NCBI GenBank assembly: GCA_963707635.1
Contig: OY970173.1
Span: 96,001 to 160,000 of the forward strand
Direction: 5' to 3'
DNA length: 64,000 nucleotides
Origin: Candidatus Latescibacterota bacterium
GTDB taxonomy: Bacteria > Krumholzibacteriota > Krumholzibacteriia > WVZY01 > JAKEHA01
Positions 60,733 to 64,000 of this stretch are shown one piece after another. Below the pieces are notes generated by a model. That model did no database searches. It was not told the DNA's origin and worked only from the letters and a program-made list of their open reading frames with translations. The position numbers and the translations under genes were made by a program. Position 1 is the first letter of the stretch; each line of letters starts with the position of its first letter.

Positions 60733-62088
60733 CTAGCGTCGTTTGAGGCCGAGTCGACGCATGATCTTTCGCAAGCTCGCGTGGTCGGAAAGCCCGAGCT
60801 GTTCCGCCGCGCGCGTGGTGTTCCACTCCTGGTTCTCCAGGGCCGCGACCACGATCTGACGCTCCGCCTCGCTCTTGAGCTCGCGAAACGTGCGCGCGCG
60901 CGCGCGTCGCTTCGGCGTGGATGCGCCCCGGATCTCGACCGGGACCTGCTCGATCCCGACCGTATCACCGTCGGTTGCGATCACCATGCGCTCGATGACG
61001 TTGCGCAACTCGCGCACGTTGTTGCGGCGCCAGTCGTGGCCGACGAGAGCCTCGAGCGCGGCGCGATCGAGACGCTTGCGTCGCACTCCGAATCGTGCGC
61101 ACGTGGCCTTCATGAAATGGCCGGCGAGCTCCGCGACGTCGGAAGCGCGCTCGCGAAGCGGCGGCACCCGGATGACGTGGACGTTGATGCGATAGAACAG
61201 GTCCTGGCGAAACCGGCTGGCCTCCACTTCGGCATCCAGCTCGCGATGCGTCGCGGCGACGACTCGTGCGTTCACCTTGAGGCTGCGCTCGCCCCCCAGC
61301 CGTGTCACCTCTCCCTGCTCGAGGACACGGAGCAGCTTCGCCTGCGCGGCGGGAGGGAGCTCGCCGATTTCGTCCAGGAACAACGTGCCGCCCGACGCGC
61401 GCTCGAAAGCGCCCCGGTGGGTCTGGCTGGCTCCCGTGAACGCACCCCGCTCGTGGCCGAACAACTCGCTTTCGATGAGGTTGTCGGGAAGCGCCGCGCT
61501 GTTGACCGCCACGAAGGGCGCGTTCTCCCGCGTGCCGAGGCGATGGAGTTCGCGGGCCACGATCTCCTTGCCGCTTCCGCTCTCCCCGACGATCAGGACC
61601 GGGCTCGAGATCGCCGCCACGCGCGCGATGGCGCTCCCGAGCTCGCGCATCGCCGCGCTGGAGCCGATCAGCGCACTGTCCTGGCCGAGGTCGCGCCGCA
61701 GCATCTCGACTTCCCGTTCCAGTTGGGCGCGCGTGAGCGCGTTCTCGACTTCGCGGACGACGCGCTCCATCGGTTCCGACTTGTCGATGAAACTGAACGC
61801 GCCCAGCTTGACCGCCTGGACGCAACGGTCGTAGTTGCCGGTGCCGGTGTAGACGATGACCGGAACCCGGTAGTCCTCTTGCTTGAGGCTGCGCAGCACG
61901 TCGAAACCGTCGACGCCGGGCATTTCCAGGTCGAGGATCATGCAGTCGACCGACTCGAATGCCACGCGCTCGAGCGCCTCCTTGCCCGAGGTCGCCGCGC
62001 GCACGTCCCAGCCGCCGAGCCGGGAGAGGTCGTACGCGTACTGCTCTGCCAGCGTACGGACGTCGTCGACCACGAGCACGTACGCCAT
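60733..62088 (-). CDS. Sigma54-dependent response regulator (NtrC/NtrX family)
   Basis: REC (VVDD, LDLEMP), GESGSGKE, ESELFGHERGAFTGA, FLDEIGE, FRQDLFYR, C-terminal HTH. Confidence 0.95.
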   Translation of the reverse strand: MAYVLVVDDVRTLAEQYAYDLSRLGGWDVRAATSGKEALERVAFESVDCMILDLEMPGVDGFDVLRSLKQEDYRVPVIVYTGTGNYDRCVQAVKLGAFSFIDKSEPMERVVREVENALTRAQLEREVEMLRRDLGQDSALIGSSAAMRELGSAIARVAAISSPVLIVGESGSGKEIVARELHRLGTRENAPFVAVNSAALPDNLIESELFGHERGAFTGASQTHRGAFERASGGTLFLDEIGELPPAAQAKLLRVLEQGEVTRLGGERSLKVNARVVAATHRELDAEVEASRFRQDLFYRINVHVIRVPPLRERASDVAELAGHFMKATCARFGVRRKRLDRAALEALVGHDWRRNNVRELRNVIERMVIATDGDTVGIEQVPVEIRGASTPKRRARARTFRELKSEAERQIVVAALENQEWNTTRAAEQLGLSDHASLRKIMRRLGLKRR

Positions 62089-63788
62089 CAGGCTGCCTCC
62101 TCGCCGGCCGCGGGGAATTCGACGGTGAAGCGGCTGCCGCGGCCCTCCTCGCTCGCGACCTGAATGGTCCCGTCGAGGTCCATGACCAGCCGGCGTACGA
62201 TCGACAACCCGAGCCCGCTCCCAGCGGGCTTGGTCGTAAAGAAATCGTCGAAGAGGTGTGCGCGCGTAACGTCGCTCATTCCGACGCCCGTATCCGACAC
62301 GGATAAACGAACGCGCGTCTCACCGGCGTCGGCACCGACCCGCTCGGTCGAAACCGTCACCTGCCCACCGCGTCCGACCAGGCTGTCGATCGCGTTGTCC
62401 TGCAAATTCTCCACGATGCGGCGGAGTGAAATCGGGTCCGCGGTCACGACGGCATCCTTGCACAGCTCCGTCCGGAGGTCCACACCCGCGGTTCCCTGCA
62501 CTCCCGCCGCCACGCGTCGCACCACCTCGTTCAGGTCGCAACGCACCCTCTCGCCGCGCGGGGCCAGCCGGGCATAGTGGCCGGCCAGTTCGTCGAGATA
62601 TGAAATGCTGGACTGGAACGTGCCCTGGCGCTCGCGAAAGACGTCCGGGAGGCGCGCCGGGTCGTCCTGTGCCTGCTGTGTCAGATGGCGGAGCGCGTTG
62701 CGAATCGGCGTGAGGCCGTTGCGGAGGTCGTGATTCACCTGGCGCGCGAGGTCGCCGATGGCTGCCCGGCGTTCCGCATCCTTGAGACGCGCCGTGCTCT
62801 CGCGCAAGCGCGAGGTCATCGCCGCGAGTCCGCTGGACAACACCCCGATCTCGTCGTGACGTCCGGTGGAAAAGTCGACGTCGAGCCGATCGAGGTCGAT
62901 GCGCGCTGCTTTCTCCGCCAGCTCTACCACCGGACGACTGACGCGCGACGATACCCTGCCGGCGACGAGTGCGGCGAGTGCCGCCGTCGCCGCCACCGCG
63001 ACGACGAACCAGCGGTCGATGCTGCGGCGCAACGCCTGCAGCTCAACGAGATCGTGCGACACCCGCACCACCGCGGTTTCGGGTCCGGGCTGGTCGGGGT
63101 CGACGAACGCAACCCGCAGCTCGCGCACGACCGCTTCCGCAAGTGGCGGCGAACTCCCGTCGCCGTCCGCCAGGGAATCTCCCGGCAGGACCAGCGACAT
63201 GCGCAGTGCCTCGTCGCGCGAGAGTTCTTCCATCAGGCGGTCTTTCGCCTCGATTCCACCGACGAGCCGGAACCGGCGGCTGCCGATGGAGACCGAGTCG
63301 ATACCCGCCAGTGCGAGCAGCGGCGCCGTGGGCGTGCGCGCCCGCACGAGCGCGATCCCACCGGGGCTCGACGCAAGTCGCCGTGGGAGCACCGGGTCGA
63401 CCCGATCGTAGTCGTTGCGGAAATGTCCCGAGCTCACGATGCGCCCGGCTTCGTCCTGGATCTGCAGCAGGTCGAGTCCGGCGAGGCGCATGGCATTGCC
63501 CGCGTAGTCCAGCAGATAACGCCGTTCGGCCTCGACACCGTCCACCGCGGCACGCCGGAAGCGATTGTCGGACGACAGTGCAGCCCGAACCTGGCCGAGT
63601 GCGGCACCGACGGCGTCGCTTTCCCGCGCCAGGCGGGTCGCGATCCCGGCGACGATGGCGTCCACACGCCGTTCGTATTGCGCGGTGAGTCGCGCCGTCA
63701 TCTCGTGACGAACCAGGAGGGCCAGCGCCGTCATCGGGACCAACGCGCCGACGAGCAGAGCGGCCGTCACGCGCGTGCGGAAGCTCAT
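62088..63788 (-). CDS. HAMP-domain sensor histidine kinase (NtrY-like)
   Basis: Two TM segments, HAMP (DEIGVL), H-box VNHDLRNGLTP, DTGVG, FFTTK, GSGLGL. Confidence 0.9.
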   Translation of the reverse strand: MSFRTRVTAALLVGALVPMTALALLVRHEMTARLTAQYERRVDAIVAGIATRLARESDAVGAALGQVRAALSSDNRFRRAAVDGVEAERRYLLDYAGNAMRLAGLDLLQIQDEAGRIVSSGHFRNDYDRVDPVLPRRLASSPGGIALVRARTPTAPLLALAGIDSVSIGSRRFRLVGGIEAKDRLMEELSRDEALRMSLVLPGDSLADGDGSSPPLAEAVVRELRVAFVDPDQPGPETAVVRVSHDLVELQALRRSIDRWFVVAVAATAALAALVAGRVSSRVSRPVVELAEKAARIDLDRLDVDFSTGRHDEIGVLSSGLAAMTSRLRESTARLKDAERRAAIGDLARQVNHDLRNGLTPIRNALRHLTQQAQDDPARLPDVFRERQGTFQSSISYLDELAGHYARLAPRGERVRCDLNEVVRRVAAGVQGTAGVDLRTELCKDAVVTADPISLRRIVENLQDNAIDSLVGRGGQVTVSTERVGADAGETRVRLSVSDTGVGMSDVTRAHLFDDFFTTKPAGSGLGLSIVRRLVMDLDGTIQVASEEGRGSRFTVEFPAAGEEAA

Positions 63789-64000
63789 GGCGAGGTCTCC
63801 ACCTGGCTTGCTCCCGTCTTGATGGTTACGCCACCGAAGCCGTTCAGAACCAGACCTACGCGGCCGCGCGCAACGATGGCGTGCGGACGCGTGTCGACCA
63901 GGGGAATCAACACGTCAGCCAGCGCAAGCTCCTGCGGAGCGAGCCAGGGTACAGCCCGCGTCAGATTGCGCGCCGCGGTACACGCGTCGGGCTCGACGTG
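63785..64000 (-). CDS. C-terminal part of an upstream gene (5' end outside the window), function unassigned
   Basis: Open frame ...LIPLVDTRPHAIVARGRVGL...VETSP; its TGA overlaps the kinase ATG (ATGA). Confidence 0.6.
   Translation of the reverse strand, partial: HVEPDACTAARNLTRAVPWLAPQELALADVLIPLVDTRPHAIVARGRVGLVLNGFGGVTIKTGASQVETSP

Overview
A 64-kb, very GC-rich bacterial chromosomal segment, densely coding (about 55 CDS), with no rRNA, tRNA, CRISPR array or transposase that I can see. Three secreted proteins end in FlgD-Ig/T9SS-type C-terminal domains, which suggests an FCB-group lineage such as Krumholzibacteriota, Latescibacterota or Eisenbacteria (inference). About nine otherwise intact genes carry single-base frameshifts, most likely uncorrected long-read errors. 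Recognisable genes are icmF, asnB, purF, lemA plus two TPM genes, an RRM protein, a YbhG/F/S-type ABC exporter, an NtrC-type two-component pair, and a Ser/Thr kinase facing a PP2C phosphatase. The main discovery candidate is a minus-strand gene at 27859-28494 that the ORF track splits. It reads signal peptide, then TGA-AGC-GGC-TGA (U-S-G-U), then an in-frame outer-membrane beta-barrel ending in Phe, with SECIS-like hairpins just downstream. This looks like a double-selenocysteine (UxxU) outer-membrane protein. It is translationally coupled to a YHS/TRASH-TlpA thioredoxin fusion and lies behind a TonB-dependent receptor. Other notable items: a Cyc2-like cytochrome-porin/cytochrome lipoprotein/YceI operon; a five-copy structured intergenic repeat with covarying stems; a 14-aa ORF with a 15-nt perfect complement of the 16S 3' end; a switch-like 5' leader; a leader terminator ahead of a KimA-like permease; a complete sigma54 promoter/enhancer layout; and an unannotated 35-aa NSS transporter small subunit. 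All family assignments come from reading motifs; no database searches were run.
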